Source: Algoriphagus sp. (GTDB lineage Bacteria > Bacteroidota > Bacteroidia > Cytophagales > Cyclobacteriaceae). Taken from it: a DNA stretch of 64,000 nucleotides. This document shows positions 1 to 9,950 of the stretch, in pieces. The stretch covers positions 53,998 to 117,997 of the forward strand of contig JBMDXP010000073.1 in NCBI GenBank assembly GCA_048819475.1. The letters run 5' to 3'. How positions within the stretch are numbered: position 1 is the stretch's first letter; each line of letters starts with the position of its first letter. A program made the translations under genes and the position numbers. The notes under the pieces were generated by a model. The model ran no database searches, had not been told where the DNA came from, and saw only the letters and a program-made list of their open reading frames with translations.

Positions 1-1
1 A

Positions 2-625
2 GCTACCGGGTTGCTGGAGGGGAAAAAATGCTCTACCCATTGGAACTTCATAAATGAGTTTCGGAGCATGTTTCCAGGTGTCGAAATCCAGGATGGGTCT
101 ATTGTAACCGAAGAGAAAGGAATCTATTCCAGTGGAGGGGCAAACTCCTATTGGAATCTGCTTTTGCATTTGGTGGAAAAATATGCCGGTAGAGAAATGG
201 CTATTCTAACTGCCAAATATTTTGCCATCGACATCGACAGGAATAGCCAGGCAGCATTCTCCATATTCAAAGGACAAAAGATGCATCAGGATGAAGCAAT
301 AAAAAAAGCTCAGGAAATTATAGAGTCACAGATAGAAGAGCGGATCACGGTGGATGAGCTAGCTGGCCATGTAGCAGTAGGCAGACGTAGTTTTGAAAGA
401 CGCTTTAAGAGGGTGACAAATAATTCTGTACTGGAATATATCCAGCGGGTTAAAATAGAAGCCGCCAAAAGAAGCTTTGAAACAAGCTTAAAAAACATCA
501 ACGAAGTGATGTATGAAGTGGGCTATACGGACACAAAGGCTTTCCGGTCCACGTTTAAAAAAATCACCGGTCTTACTCCATTGGAATATAGAACAAAATA
601 CAACAGCCTTACGATTTCCAATTGA
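2..625 (+). CDS. GlxA-family AraC transcriptional regulator (DJ-1/PfpI + HTH), 5'-truncated by window edge
   Basis: Frame open from the window start (ATGLLEGKKCSTHW); SSGG motif; C-terminal AraC HTH ending VGYTDTKAFRSTFKKITGLTPLEYR. Confidence 0.9.
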   Translation, partial: ATGLLEGKKCSTHWNFINEFRSMFPGVEIQDGSIVTEEKGIYSSGGANSYWNLLLHLVEKYAGREMAILTAKYFAIDIDRNSQAAFSIFKGQKMHQDEAIKKAQEIIESQIEERITVDELAGHVAVGRRSFERRFKRVTNNSVLEYIQRVKIEAAKRSFETSLKNINEVMYEVGYTDTKAFRSTFKKITGLTPLEYRTKYNSLTISN

Positions 626-672
626 ATCAGTTGATTTTGGATTGTTACTCCCCTGCTAAGCAGGTATCAACT

Positions 673-2349
673 TTAGGTATCCCGTATTCTGTAGATCTTT
701 CCATCTGCTTTGGTCATAAGATAAATTTGACCGTGACAATCCTGGCCAAATTTAAGATCAACCCTCTTATTTCCACACAGCTCTTGCAGGCTAATTTCTT
801 TTCCATCAAGCTTCACCTTCCATTTCTCAACTTTTATATTACTCTGGTCCTTCATATCCGCGATAAACAACTTCCCTGTAGGCACATCCCCAAAAACGTA
901 TCTACCTTCCAACGATCCTGACTTAAAGAAGTATCCGCCGATAATCGCAGCCAGTTCATCATGATCCATTTCAAGGATAGGATAGGTAGAGCCCAGGAGA
1001 GCATCATTAGCTGCAAGAGAAAAAACAGCCCCCATATTCCCATAGGGATTGATAATAAAACTTCCTTCTCTCAGAGGCCAACCGTAAAATTCCCCAGGTT
1101 TGATTTCATTCAATTCTTCCACATTCTGGTGGCCTATTTCTGTGGCCAGCAGGCGCCCCTCCGGATCCCAAAAGACCCTATTGGGATTGCGGAAGCCGTA
1201 AGCGTAGACTTCTCCCGCTTTTCCGGCATCTTGTGCGAATGGATTGGAAGGAGGGATTCCATATTTTCCATTTCTGCTGTTATTCCCTCGGGGATCAATC
1301 CGTAAGATACTGCTCCACACCTTACTTCCTTGGTGATCTGCAATGAACGCAAACCCACTCTCGGCACTCCCCCCATCTCCAATGCCTATATAAAGCTGCC
1401 CGTAATCTGCATCACCCCTTACAGCATAGGGGTTGAACGAAATCTCCTGCATTCCGTGCACTTGAGTCACAAAATTTATCCGGAGGAGCTCACGGCCTAT
1501 ACCTTCAAAAGTTTCAGCAAGAGGGTTGGCTGTAGTCCATTCTGTAAGAACCCATTGAAACATCACTTGTATGCTGTCTGCATAAGAAAAATCTGCAGGC
1601 TGTAGCTGTCCTTTTTCAGAATGTGATGTGTAGAGCATCCCGTTTTTCTGAAAATCAGGATGGAATGCATAACTTCCGAATCCTGTCGCCAGACCCGGAG
1701 AATAAGATAGATCGGCTCTATGGTCCCGCAGCGGAAAATATTCGGAATGAAGTCCATCTTTTAATTCATACAATATCCCCCGCTGGTCATGTACGAATAG
1801 TCTTCCCGATTGTGGTTCACATTCCAGTTTTGTGATTTTTGCAAGGGGAGGGTTAGGCTCTGAGGCAGGAATCTGTGTGATAAAATCCAGGTCAAGTACT
1901 AATTCAGAATCCCTGGCTATATCTGGAAGAGGATCATCCAGTCCTGCAACTCCCACGGAATCCGGAAGCTCCTTGAATGTATGGAGATAGCTTAAAAGCG
2001 CATCCACCTCTACTTCTTCCAAATGGGAAAATGCCGGCATATATACCTTAAATTTATCATACATACTGACTGCCCTTGCATCTCCGCTCTTGATAACGCG
2101 CTCAGGATTTCTGATAAAATCACGTATCCACTCGGTCTCAACCTGATGGGTAAGTCCGCTGAGATTGGGGCCAATAGCTTCTTGAAGGAAACTATGACAT
2201 GCACTACAATGCCTTTCAAACAAGAGCTTTCCACTGATGACTTGGGCGGAATCTGAAGAAATATCTGCCCCGAAATTTCCTACGCGTTGCTGTGAGCAAG
2301 AATAAATTAAAACACTAAAAAAATAAAGGAAGAATACTTGACTTTTCAT
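673..2349 (-). CDS. Lipoprotein: N-terminal cytochrome c fused to PQQ-type glucose/sorbosone dehydrogenase (GSDH) beta-propeller
   Basis: Lipobox-like LIYSC; heme motif CSACH then GPNL; GSDH motifs GIGDGG, ILRIDP, YAYGFRNP. Confidence 0.85.
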   Translation of the reverse strand: MKSQVFFLYFFSVLIYSCSQQRVGNFGADISSDSAQVISGKLLFERHCSACHSFLQEAIGPNLSGLTHQVETEWIRDFIRNPERVIKSGDARAVSMYDKFKVYMPAFSHLEEVEVDALLSYLHTFKELPDSVGVAGLDDPLPDIARDSELVLDLDFITQIPASEPNPPLAKITKLECEPQSGRLFVHDQRGILYELKDGLHSEYFPLRDHRADLSYSPGLATGFGSYAFHPDFQKNGMLYTSHSEKGQLQPADFSYADSIQVMFQWVLTEWTTANPLAETFEGIGRELLRINFVTQVHGMQEISFNPYAVRGDADYGQLYIGIGDGGSAESGFAFIADHQGSKVWSSILRIDPRGNNSRNGKYGIPPSNPFAQDAGKAGEVYAYGFRNPNRVFWDPEGRLLATEIGHQNVEELNEIKPGEFYGWPLREGSFIINPYGNMGAVFSLAANDALLGSTYPILEMDHDELAAIIGGYFFKSGSLEGRYVFGDVPTGKLFIADMKDQSNIKVEKWKVKLDGKEISLQELCGNKRVDLKFGQDCHGQIYLMTKADGKIYRIRDT

Positions 2350-2663
2350 TAGGGGTAAATTGGGAGCTTATTGGCTTAATGCCACATGAACATTGTAAAA
2401 AAGGCAACTTATCACAATTTTCGCTACGCACAAAACGAAAGGACCTCCCCAAAAGCTGTTTATGGGATTTTATCAAAAAATGATGGGCTACGGAAAAAGT
2501 GTTTGGAACATGACCGGGTAAAATACTCAGATAAATAGCTGAAAGGAAGTCGTGTAGCTATAATCCCATTTACCTACTTCCCAGGGATAAGTTAAGGACA
2601 CGGATAACAGGTCTTCCACATGCATCATCCGGCATATAGCCGTTACATTAACTGGCTTTCATC

Positions 2664-3929
2664 TCAAGCTTCTCCTTGGTCACCTTCCCAAATAACCACC
2701 TCATCCTCAAGATAGTGGGGATAAATCTTCCTGTGCTGCCTCTTTACCTCTTGGATAAGAGCCTCACGAAAGCCCTCTAAATTCTCTCCGCTGGCAGCAG
2801 CCATAAATACCGGTTTGATCCCATTCTTTTTTTCATAGGCATCAGACAGCGCACCGAAGTCGACAAAATCCGCTTCTTCCAATTCCAGTTCAGACATATT
2901 CATACTTTCCTCCTCGCTTGGCATAGTCTCTACCAGATCGATTTTGTTGAATACCAGCAATACAGGCTTATCTCCAGCCTTGATCTCATTCAGCGTTTGA
3001 GTCACCACAGCTATGTGATCCTCAAAATTAGGGTGGGAGGTATCCACCACATGGACAAGTAGATCAGCCTCCCGGATCTCTTCTAGAGTGGACTTGAAAG
3101 ATTCAATAAGATGAGTGGGTAACTTCCTGATAAACCCTACGGTATCGGAAAGCAGAAAAGGGACATTTTGCAAAACTACCTTCCGAACGGTGGAATCTAC
3201 AGTGGCAAAAAGTTTATTTTCAGCAAGGATGTTTGTCTTTGTGATTAGATTCATCAATGTACTCTTCCCCACATTTGTATAGCCTACTAAAGCGACTCTG
3301 ACAATACCCTTTCTCCCTTTTCGCTGGGTTTCACCTTGCTTTTCTATTTCTTTGAGCTTAGCCTTCAATAAGGATATCTTCCCTCTGATATCTCTTTTAT
3401 CGGTTTCGATCTCCTTCTCACCAGCTCCACCCCTCGTACTGGTACCCCCTCGCTGACGTTCCAAGTGCGTCCACATCCTAGTGAGTCGTGGAAGCAGGTA
3501 TTGAAACCTTGCGAGTTCCACCTGGGTTTTTGCTTGGGCAGTCTGCGCACGGTTTAAGAAAATATCCAAAATCAAAAGAGACCTGTCATAAATCTTAACT
3601 TTCAGCTCATTCTCTAGGTTTCTCATTTGAGATGGGGTCAAATCATCATCAAAAATGACCATATCTACTTCAAAATGAGTAATATAAGCAAGAATTTCCT
3701 CCAATTTTCCGCTTCCGACAAAAGTCCGGATATCAGGTTTCTCCATCTTTTGGGTAAACTGGTATACCGTCCGGGCTCCAAGTGTTTCTGTAAGAAACGC
3801 CAATTCATCAAGATGTTCATCGGTTTCCCGGTCAGTTTGATGTTGCCGGACCAAACTCACCAAAATGGCAGTCTCCTCTTGAGGGGCCGTATCGTATAGT
3901 TTCTGAAGTTTTCGGGAAAATTTACTCAT
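2664..3929 (-). CDS. hflX: Ribosome-splitting GTPase HflX
   Basis: G1 VGYTNVGKST, LFATVD, DTVGFI, NKID; start moved from 4007 to the ATG at 3929 (MSKFSRKL). Confidence 0.97.
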   Translation of the reverse strand: MSKFSRKLQKLYDTAPQEETAILVSLVRQHQTDRETDEHLDELAFLTETLGARTVYQFTQKMEKPDIRTFVGSGKLEEILAYITHFEVDMVIFDDDLTPSQMRNLENELKVKIYDRSLLILDIFLNRAQTAQAKTQVELARFQYLLPRLTRMWTHLERQRGGTSTRGGAGEKEIETDKRDIRGKISLLKAKLKEIEKQGETQRKGRKGIVRVALVGYTNVGKSTLMNLITKTNILAENKLFATVDSTVRKVVLQNVPFLLSDTVGFIRKLPTHLIESFKSTLEEIREADLLVHVVDTSHPNFEDHIAVVTQTLNEIKAGDKPVLLVFNKIDLVETMPSEEESMNMSELELEEADFVDFGALSDAYEKKNGIKPVFMAAASGENLEGFREALIQEVKRQHRKIYPHYLEDEVVIWEGDQGEA

Positions 3930-4132
3930 AGTGTTGATTTGCAATGCTGAAACAATGCCGAAACATGGAATTAAGTTTCCAAAGAAACAGTTTAGTGGAT
4001 GATTCATCGTAAAATTCCAGCCTACTCGGAATCAGAATCACGCAAAGTTCAGCATAATTCATTAGAATTGATTAGGATAGTCACAACTCTCGTGGTTATT
4101 TTACTCTTTAAATCGGAAACCAAAAATTTATT

Positions 4133-4687
4133 ATGGCCGAAATAAAAAAAGCACCCCTAGCTGGTGTTTTGGAGATATTTCCAAGAATATTTAATGACCA
4201 AAGGGGCTATTTCTTTGAATCGTATAGGACAGATTGGCTAAAACCTCACGGGATAACGCACGACTGGGTGCAAGACAATCAGAGCTTCTCCCAGAAAGGT
4301 ACTGTCCGCGGCCTTCACTTCCAACGTGCTCCTCATACACAGGCAAAACTGGTTCGTGTAGCTCAAGGTAGCGTCCTTGATGTAGTGGTGGATTTGAGAA
4401 AAGGATCTCCCACATTCGGCAAATCCTTCTCTACTGTTCTGGATACAGAACGGAATAATCTTTTGTATGTACCTGCTGGATTTGCTCATGGGTTTTCTGT
4501 ATTAGAAGATGCTGTATTCATGTACAAATGCTCCAATTATTACAATAAAGAAAGTGAGGGAGGGTTGAGCTGGAATGACCCTGTTTTGAAAATTGACTGG
4601 CAAGTTTCAAACCCTATCATTTCAGACAAAGATAACAGTTGGCCGAACCTAGCTGAGTATAAGGAACGTGAAGGAGGATTTTTGTAA
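4133..4687 (+). CDS. rmlC: dTDP-4-dehydrorhamnose 3,5-epimerase
   Basis: DQRGYFFE, QDNQSFS, VRGLHFQ, GFAHGF motifs. Confidence 0.95.
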   Translation: MAEIKKAPLAGVLEIFPRIFNDQRGYFFESYRTDWLKPHGITHDWVQDNQSFSQKGTVRGLHFQRAPHTQAKLVRVAQGSVLDVVVDLRKGSPTFGKSFSTVLDTERNNLLYVPAGFAHGFSVLEDAVFMYKCSNYYNKESEGGLSWNDPVLKIDWQVSNPIISDKDNSWPNLAEYKEREGGFL

Positions 4688-5433
4688 TGGGTGTTTTTGA
4701 TCTCTTCAAAAGAAAGCCTGAGCAAGTGGAAGACCTTGACCTAAAGTGGATGCAAGTGGACATGCATTCGCATCTTATACCAGGAATAGATGATGGCTCA
4801 AAAACAATGGAAGAGTCTTTGGGCTTGATCCGAAGATTAGAGGGGTATGGGTTGCGCAAGATTATCACTACACCTCATATTATGTCTGAGTATTACCGCA
4901 ATACACCTGAGATCATTAGGATGGGATTGGAAGACTTACGCAGAGCATTGAAATCAGAAGGTATTTCCATTGAGGTCGAAGTAGCGGCGGAGTATTATAT
5001 GGATGAGATTTTTCTTGATAGAATCAAGAATGGAGAGGAGATACTCACCTTTGGAGACCAGTATATTCTGGTTGAAACAGGCTTTATCAATAAGCCTCAA
5101 ATGCTTTTGGAGACTATTTTTCAGCTGGAAATGGCAGGATTCAAGCCTATTTTGGCCCATCCGGAGCGCTACCAATATCTTATTACCGACAAAAAATTAT
5201 TGGAAGAGCTAGTAGACAGGAAGATAATGTTTCAGGTAAATCTGTTGTCACTAACAGGATTTTATTCGAAGCAGGTCAAGGATTTTGCAGAAATGCTATT
5301 GGAAAAAGGACTGGTGAGATTCTTTGGTACAGACTGCCACAATTCCCGTTATCTCGATATGCTGGAATCACTTCCTAAGCAAAAAACCTATAGAAAAATA
5401 AAGCAAATTGAGGTGTTGAATACCAGTCTTTGA
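4687..5433 (+). CDS. CpsB/CapC/YwqE-family (PHP) tyrosine-protein phosphatase
   Basis: DMHSHLIPGIDDGS, TPH, AHPERY, GTDCH metal-binding motifs; 1-bp overlap with rmlC. Confidence 0.92.
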   Translation: MGVFDLFKRKPEQVEDLDLKWMQVDMHSHLIPGIDDGSKTMEESLGLIRRLEGYGLRKIITTPHIMSEYYRNTPEIIRMGLEDLRRALKSEGISIEVEVAAEYYMDEIFLDRIKNGEEILTFGDQYILVETGFINKPQMLLETIFQLEMAGFKPILAHPERYQYLITDKKLLEELVDRKIMFQVNLLSLTGFYSKQVKDFAEMLLEKGLVRFFGTDCHNSRYLDMLESLPKQKTYRKIKQIEVLNTSL

Positions 5434-5496
5434 ACCTATGGTATCAAGCATAACGCAAGCGACACACGGCCATTATCCGGCATGTAGGAGTTCCAT

Positions 5497-5593
5497 ATGA
5501 TTATAATTTGTCTTAAGCTGTCACTACCTGTTCCGATAAATCGGGATAGCCAGTCCCGGATTTCATCGGGAGAATTTCGCACATTATAATCAT
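5497..5593. repeat. Intergenic inverted-repeat element with internal REP-like hairpins
   Basis: ATGATTATAAT (5497-5507) / ATTATAATCAT (5583-5593) enclose TTCCGAT-AA-ATCGGGA (5531-5546) and TCCCG-N8-CGGGA (5554-5571). Confidence 0.45.
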
Positions 5594-5659
5594 CTCCCAG
5601 TGTGACTTTTCAATCATGCTTGATTTCATCTGTAGCCTTTAACTATCACTTGTACACAA

Positions 5660-6613
5660 ATGAAAATTCTGATTACCGGAATAACGGGTCTATTCGGGAG
5701 TTATCTTGCCAAAGAATTTGCCGCTCTGGGGGAAATCCATGGTTTTCATAGAGCCGGATCTTCGACAAAACTTCTGGATGATGCCTCCTTTCCAATCCAT
5801 TGGCATGAGGGGAATGTTACAGATGTAGAAGCTCTGGAAGGAGCGTTGGAGGGCATAGATCTGGTGATTCATTCTGCCGGTATAGTCTCATTTGACTCCA
5901 GGGACGAAGATTTACTTTACAAAGTCAACGTTCTGGGTACCGCAAGTGTGGTCAATGCCATGCTCGGCGTGGGAGTGAAAAAACTGGTACACATCAGCTC
6001 TGTATCTGCCATAGGCAGGAGTCCGGAAGTCAATGAAATTGATGAAAACTTCAAATGGCAGGATTCTCCGTTGAACACCGACTATGCTGTTTCCAAGTAC
6101 CTTGGAGAACTTGAGGCATGGAGGGGTGAGCAAGAAGGCCTCGACCTTATTGTGGTAAATCCATCGGTCTTATTGGGAAGGATAGAGGATGACCGAAGTA
6201 GCACCGATATTTATCATTATGTATTAGAGGAAAATTCCTATTATCCCCAAGGAAGTCTTAACTATATTGATGTTCGGGATGCAGCAAAACTTACCAGAGC
6301 ACTGGTGGAAAAGAAAGTATGGGGAGAACGCTTTATCTTAAACAAGGAGAGCATACCCTATCAGGATTTTTTTTCCAGAATGGCTGCCGCATTCAATAAA
6401 AAAGCACCACGTAGACTTATCCACCCATTTATGTTGGAAATCGTGGTTCTGGCCAATTCAGTATTAAGGAAATTGGGACTCAGCAAAAGCCCTCTGAATA
6501 AAAAAACAGCTATGATTTCCCATCAAAAGACTGCATTCAGTAACCTGAAGATTGCAAGGACCATGGACTTTACCTACACCCCCCTGGCGGAGACATTCAA
6601 ATGGGCCAAGTAA
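5660..6613 (+). CDS. NAD-dependent epimerase/dehydratase (extended SDR)
   Basis: N-terminal ITGITGLFG Rossmann motif; YAVSK (YxxxK); VNPS. Confidence 0.9.
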   Translation: MKILITGITGLFGSYLAKEFAALGEIHGFHRAGSSTKLLDDASFPIHWHEGNVTDVEALEGALEGIDLVIHSAGIVSFDSRDEDLLYKVNVLGTASVVNAMLGVGVKKLVHISSVSAIGRSPEVNEIDENFKWQDSPLNTDYAVSKYLGELEAWRGEQEGLDLIVVNPSVLLGRIEDDRSSTDIYHYVLEENSYYPQGSLNYIDVRDAAKLTRALVEKKVWGERFILNKESIPYQDFFSRMAAAFNKKAPRRLIHPFMLEIVVLANSVLRKLGLSKSPLNKKTAMISHQKTAFSNLKIARTMDFTYTPLAETFKWAK

Positions 6614-6757
6614 ACTTATTTTTAGGCTAATTCGTTTCTTCAGGAACAGCTGGAAAAGTCCTGTTCGTTTTAACTTTAACTGAAAGAAAAAATTAACAAT
6701 CCGGCACTTTGAGAGACCAAATTAATTGGTAACTTAATTTAACCATAAAGCATCCAA

Positions 6758-8173
6758 ATGACTGGAGATCATGATCAAGATTGGGAAAATGATAAAAAGC
6801 TTGTAGAGCGATTTGAAAATTCCCTGAAAGCCAATCTGGACTTGTATTTTGAAGAGGAGGAACTGGAGGATATTATCCGTTTTTACTTTGATCAGCAGAA
6901 ATTTCTAAAAGCGCTTCGTGCCTCCGAATTTTCTCTTGAAAAATTCCCTTTTTCTGTCGAAATAAAGCTCCTGAAGGCGCAGTGCCTCATATTCAATGAT
7001 GAGCTGGAGGAGGGGTTAAGCATATTGGAAAATATAAACAACATCTCCCCTAACAATGAGGAGATTATTCTTGCGCTGGCCAATGCCTATATTTTGGCCG
7101 GAACCCCTCAGGATGGAATAGAACTTTTGGAAAATTTCCTCCCATTGGCAGAAGATAAAGCGGAAGTATTTTATTCACTTGGAAATCTTTACCGGATACA
7201 GAATGACAATGCCAAAGCGAGCTATTATTTTAAAGAAGCGGTAAAAAACAGGATCAATCACGAAGATGCACTTTTTCAACTGGCAATGATAACTGAAGAA
7301 GAAGGTTCTTTTGATGAAATCCTTGAGTTCTATCAGGAATTTATCGATCAGGATCCTTACAGCGCTGGCGCATGGTATAATCTGGGTGTGGTGTATAATA
7401 GACTGGGGAGATTCGAAGAAGCAATTAAGGCGTATGATTATGCTCTTCTTATAGATGATGCCTTCGCCTCGGCCTATTTTAACCTTGGCAATGCACTGAT
7501 GAACACCCAGCAGTATGAGCTGGCCTTGGAGGCCTACCAAAATACCATCAATTGTGAGGGCGCAAATGCTGAAAACTGCTGCTATATGGGAGCGGCCTAT
7601 GAAAAATTGAATCAGATAGACCAAGCTTTTAAATATTTCAAGAAATCTGCTAAGCTGGACGAAGAGTATGACGATGCGTGGTTTGGCTTAGGCATGTGTA
7701 TGCTTAAAAAAGAAAAATTCTTTGAGGCTATCCATTATTTCAGAAAAGCACTGAATCTAACCAAGGAGAATGCTAATTACTGGGTAGGACTTGCTGATGC
7801 AGAATTTAATTTAGGCAATATGCAGGCAAGTTCAGATGCTTACGAGGAGGCTATAAATCTTGAGCCGGGGATCATGGAAACCTATGTAAACCTATCTGTG
7901 ATTTATTTTGAGCAGAACAGATTTGAGGAAGCCATTGACGTAATCCGTGAAGGAATTGAAGAGCTTCCTGAAGAAGCAGAGCTGTATTTTCGCATGGTAG
8001 TATATCAAATCAAAATGGGCAATTACAAAGAAGCGTTTTCATTTTTGGAAAATGGATTAACTTTGGACTTTGAAAGGCATACGATTCTGTATGAACTAAT
8101 GCCCGAGTTAAAAAAGCAAAAGGCAATTTACAAGATTATTGCCCAGTATCGGGATGAGAATTCCGAAACCTAA
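6758..8173 (+). CDS. Cytoplasmic tetratricopeptide-repeat protein
   Basis: Serial TPR units (e.g. AWYNLGVVYNRLGRFEEAIKAYDYAL); no signal peptide. Confidence 0.9.
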   Translation: MTGDHDQDWENDKKLVERFENSLKANLDLYFEEEELEDIIRFYFDQQKFLKALRASEFSLEKFPFSVEIKLLKAQCLIFNDELEEGLSILENINNISPNNEEIILALANAYILAGTPQDGIELLENFLPLAEDKAEVFYSLGNLYRIQNDNAKASYYFKEAVKNRINHEDALFQLAMITEEEGSFDEILEFYQEFIDQDPYSAGAWYNLGVVYNRLGRFEEAIKAYDYALLIDDAFASAYFNLGNALMNTQQYELALEAYQNTINCEGANAENCCYMGAAYEKLNQIDQAFKYFKKSAKLDEEYDDAWFGLGMCMLKKEKFFEAIHYFRKALNLTKENANYWVGLADAEFNLGNMQASSDAYEEAINLEPGIMETYVNLSVIYFEQNRFEEAIDVIREGIEELPEEAELYFRMVVYQIKMGNYKEAFSFLENGLTLDFERHTILYELMPELKKQKAIYKIIAQYRDENSET

Positions 8174-8190
8174 CCTTTAATACCTAGCAA

Positions 8191-8961
8191 ATGAATTATG
8201 TGCTAAAGAACATCCCAGTACGGACTGAAAAGCCACGTACCACGGGGTTCACCATGGCCATGGACAAAGGGCTTAGTCTGAGAGCCACAGAAGATTTTGT
8301 TGAAAGTTGTTCTGATTTTGTCGATATCGTCAAGCTTGGCTGGGCTACCTCCTATGTCACTAAGCACCTAAGTGAGAAAATAGCAGTCTATCGGGCAGCA
8401 GGAATCCCGGTATATCTTGGAGGGACACTTTTCGAAGCATTTATAGTGAGAGGTCAGTTTGATGACTACAGAAAAGTACTCGACAAATACGACCTCTCCT
8501 ATGCGGAAGTCTCTGATGGCTCCATTTCATTGAACCACGAGAAAAAATGTGAATACATCTCAACGCTGGCCACTCAGGTCACCGTGCTCTCTGAAGTAGG
8601 GTCCAAAGATGCCGCAAAGATAATCCCCCCTTATAAATGGATTGAGCAGATGCAGACAGAGCTGGCTGCCGGAGCGTGGAAAGTCATTGGGGAAGCTAGA
8701 GAGGGCGGAAATGTGGGCTTGTTTAGAGATTCAGGCGAAGTACGGCAGGGTTTGGTAGAGGAAATTCTTACCCAGATCCCCGAAGAAAGAATAATCTGGG
8801 AAGCTCCTATCAAATCACAGCAAGTCTGGTTTATAAAACTTCTGGGAGCTAACGTAAATCTTGGAAATATCAGTCCTTCTGAAATAATACCGTTGGAGAC
8901 AATCCGGCTGGGCCTCAGAGGAGATACATTCGATCACTTTTTGGGAGAAATTAAATTATAA
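8191..8961 (+). CDS. comA: Phosphosulfolactate synthase (ComA family)
   Basis: MDKG, VDIVKLGW, GGTLFE, EVSDG, SEVGSK, IWEAP, NLGNI, ETIRLGLRGDT. Confidence 0.9.
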   Translation: MNYVLKNIPVRTEKPRTTGFTMAMDKGLSLRATEDFVESCSDFVDIVKLGWATSYVTKHLSEKIAVYRAAGIPVYLGGTLFEAFIVRGQFDDYRKVLDKYDLSYAEVSDGSISLNHEKKCEYISTLATQVTVLSEVGSKDAAKIIPPYKWIEQMQTELAAGAWKVIGEAREGGNVGLFRDSGEVRQGLVEEILTQIPEERIIWEAPIKSQQVWFIKLLGANVNLGNISPSEIIPLETIRLGLRGDTFDHFLGEIKL

Positions 8962-9014
8962 CATATCACCCCTGGCTGACAGGTATGCTTTCTGTTCAGT
9001 CCTAATTTTTAATT

Positions 9015-9950
9015 ATGGACGCTCTCAAAAAAAATCTACTCACTTACATTAAGGGCATGGCAATGGGCGCCGCAGATATTGTCCCTGGGGTGTCAGGTGG
9101 ATCCATTGCGTTGATTACAGGGATTTATAAAGAACTTCTGGATAGTATTAACTCCTTCAACGCCACGAATCTAAGCCTGCTGGGAAAATTTGAAATCAAA
9201 AGGTTTTACAAAGCAGTAAATGGTACTTTTTTGCTCTGTCTTCTTTTAGGCATCCTCACGAGTATCTTTTCCATGTCCCGGGTGATCACTTACCTTATGT
9301 CGGATCATCCCATACCACTTTGGTCGTTTTTCTGCGGGTTGATTTTGGTCAGTGCATTTATTATTCTAAAAGATATCAAGCGGTGGAGTCTAGGGGTAAT
9401 CTTATCAATTCTTGTTGGCACATTGCTGGCTTACTTCATTACCGAATTGCCGCCCACTACTTCACCTGATGCGCTGTGGTTCACCTTTGTGTCAGGTGCA
9501 ATCGCCATTTGTGCTATGATTCTTCCTGGAATCAGTGGAAGTTTCATCCTACTGATTCTAGGAAAGTACGAACCTATCCTTAATGCCGTTTCCAATAGGG
9601 ACATCCTTACCTTGGCCGTGTTTGCAATAGGCTGTCTCGTAGGCATTCTCACATTCAGCAGAGTTGTTTCCTGGCTACTAAGAAAGTTCTATGCCATTAC
9701 GATTGGCCTACTATCGGGCTTTATGCTCGGCTCAGTGAATGAGCTCTGGCCTTGGAAAAGAGTGATAGAATACAGAATTTCTTCTTCCGGCAAAGAAACA
9801 CCGTTTATTTCTGAAAATGTAACACCCACTTCTTATTTAGAGCAAGTGGGACAAGATCCACAGGTAATTTGGGCTATCTGTGCCTTTGTTTTTGGTGTTG
9901 TGCTGGTATTGGGAATTGATATGTTTGCTAATTATCTGAAAAAACCATGA
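9015..9950 (+). CDS. DUF368 membrane protein (undecaprenyl-phosphate translocase, PopT-like)
   Basis: GMAMGAADIVPGVSGGSIALITGIY and second repeat AMILPGISGS; multiple TM segments. Confidence 0.9.
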   Translation: MDALKKNLLTYIKGMAMGAADIVPGVSGGSIALITGIYKELLDSINSFNATNLSLLGKFEIKRFYKAVNGTFLLCLLLGILTSIFSMSRVITYLMSDHPIPLWSFFCGLILVSAFIILKDIKRWSLGVILSILVGTLLAYFITELPPTTSPDALWFTFVSGAIAICAMILPGISGSFILLILGKYEPILNAVSNRDILTLAVFAIGCLVGILTFSRVVSWLLRKFYAITIGLLSGFMLGSVNELWPWKRVIEYRISSSGKETPFISENVTPTSYLEQVGQDPQVIWAICAFVFGVVLVLGIDMFANYLKKP

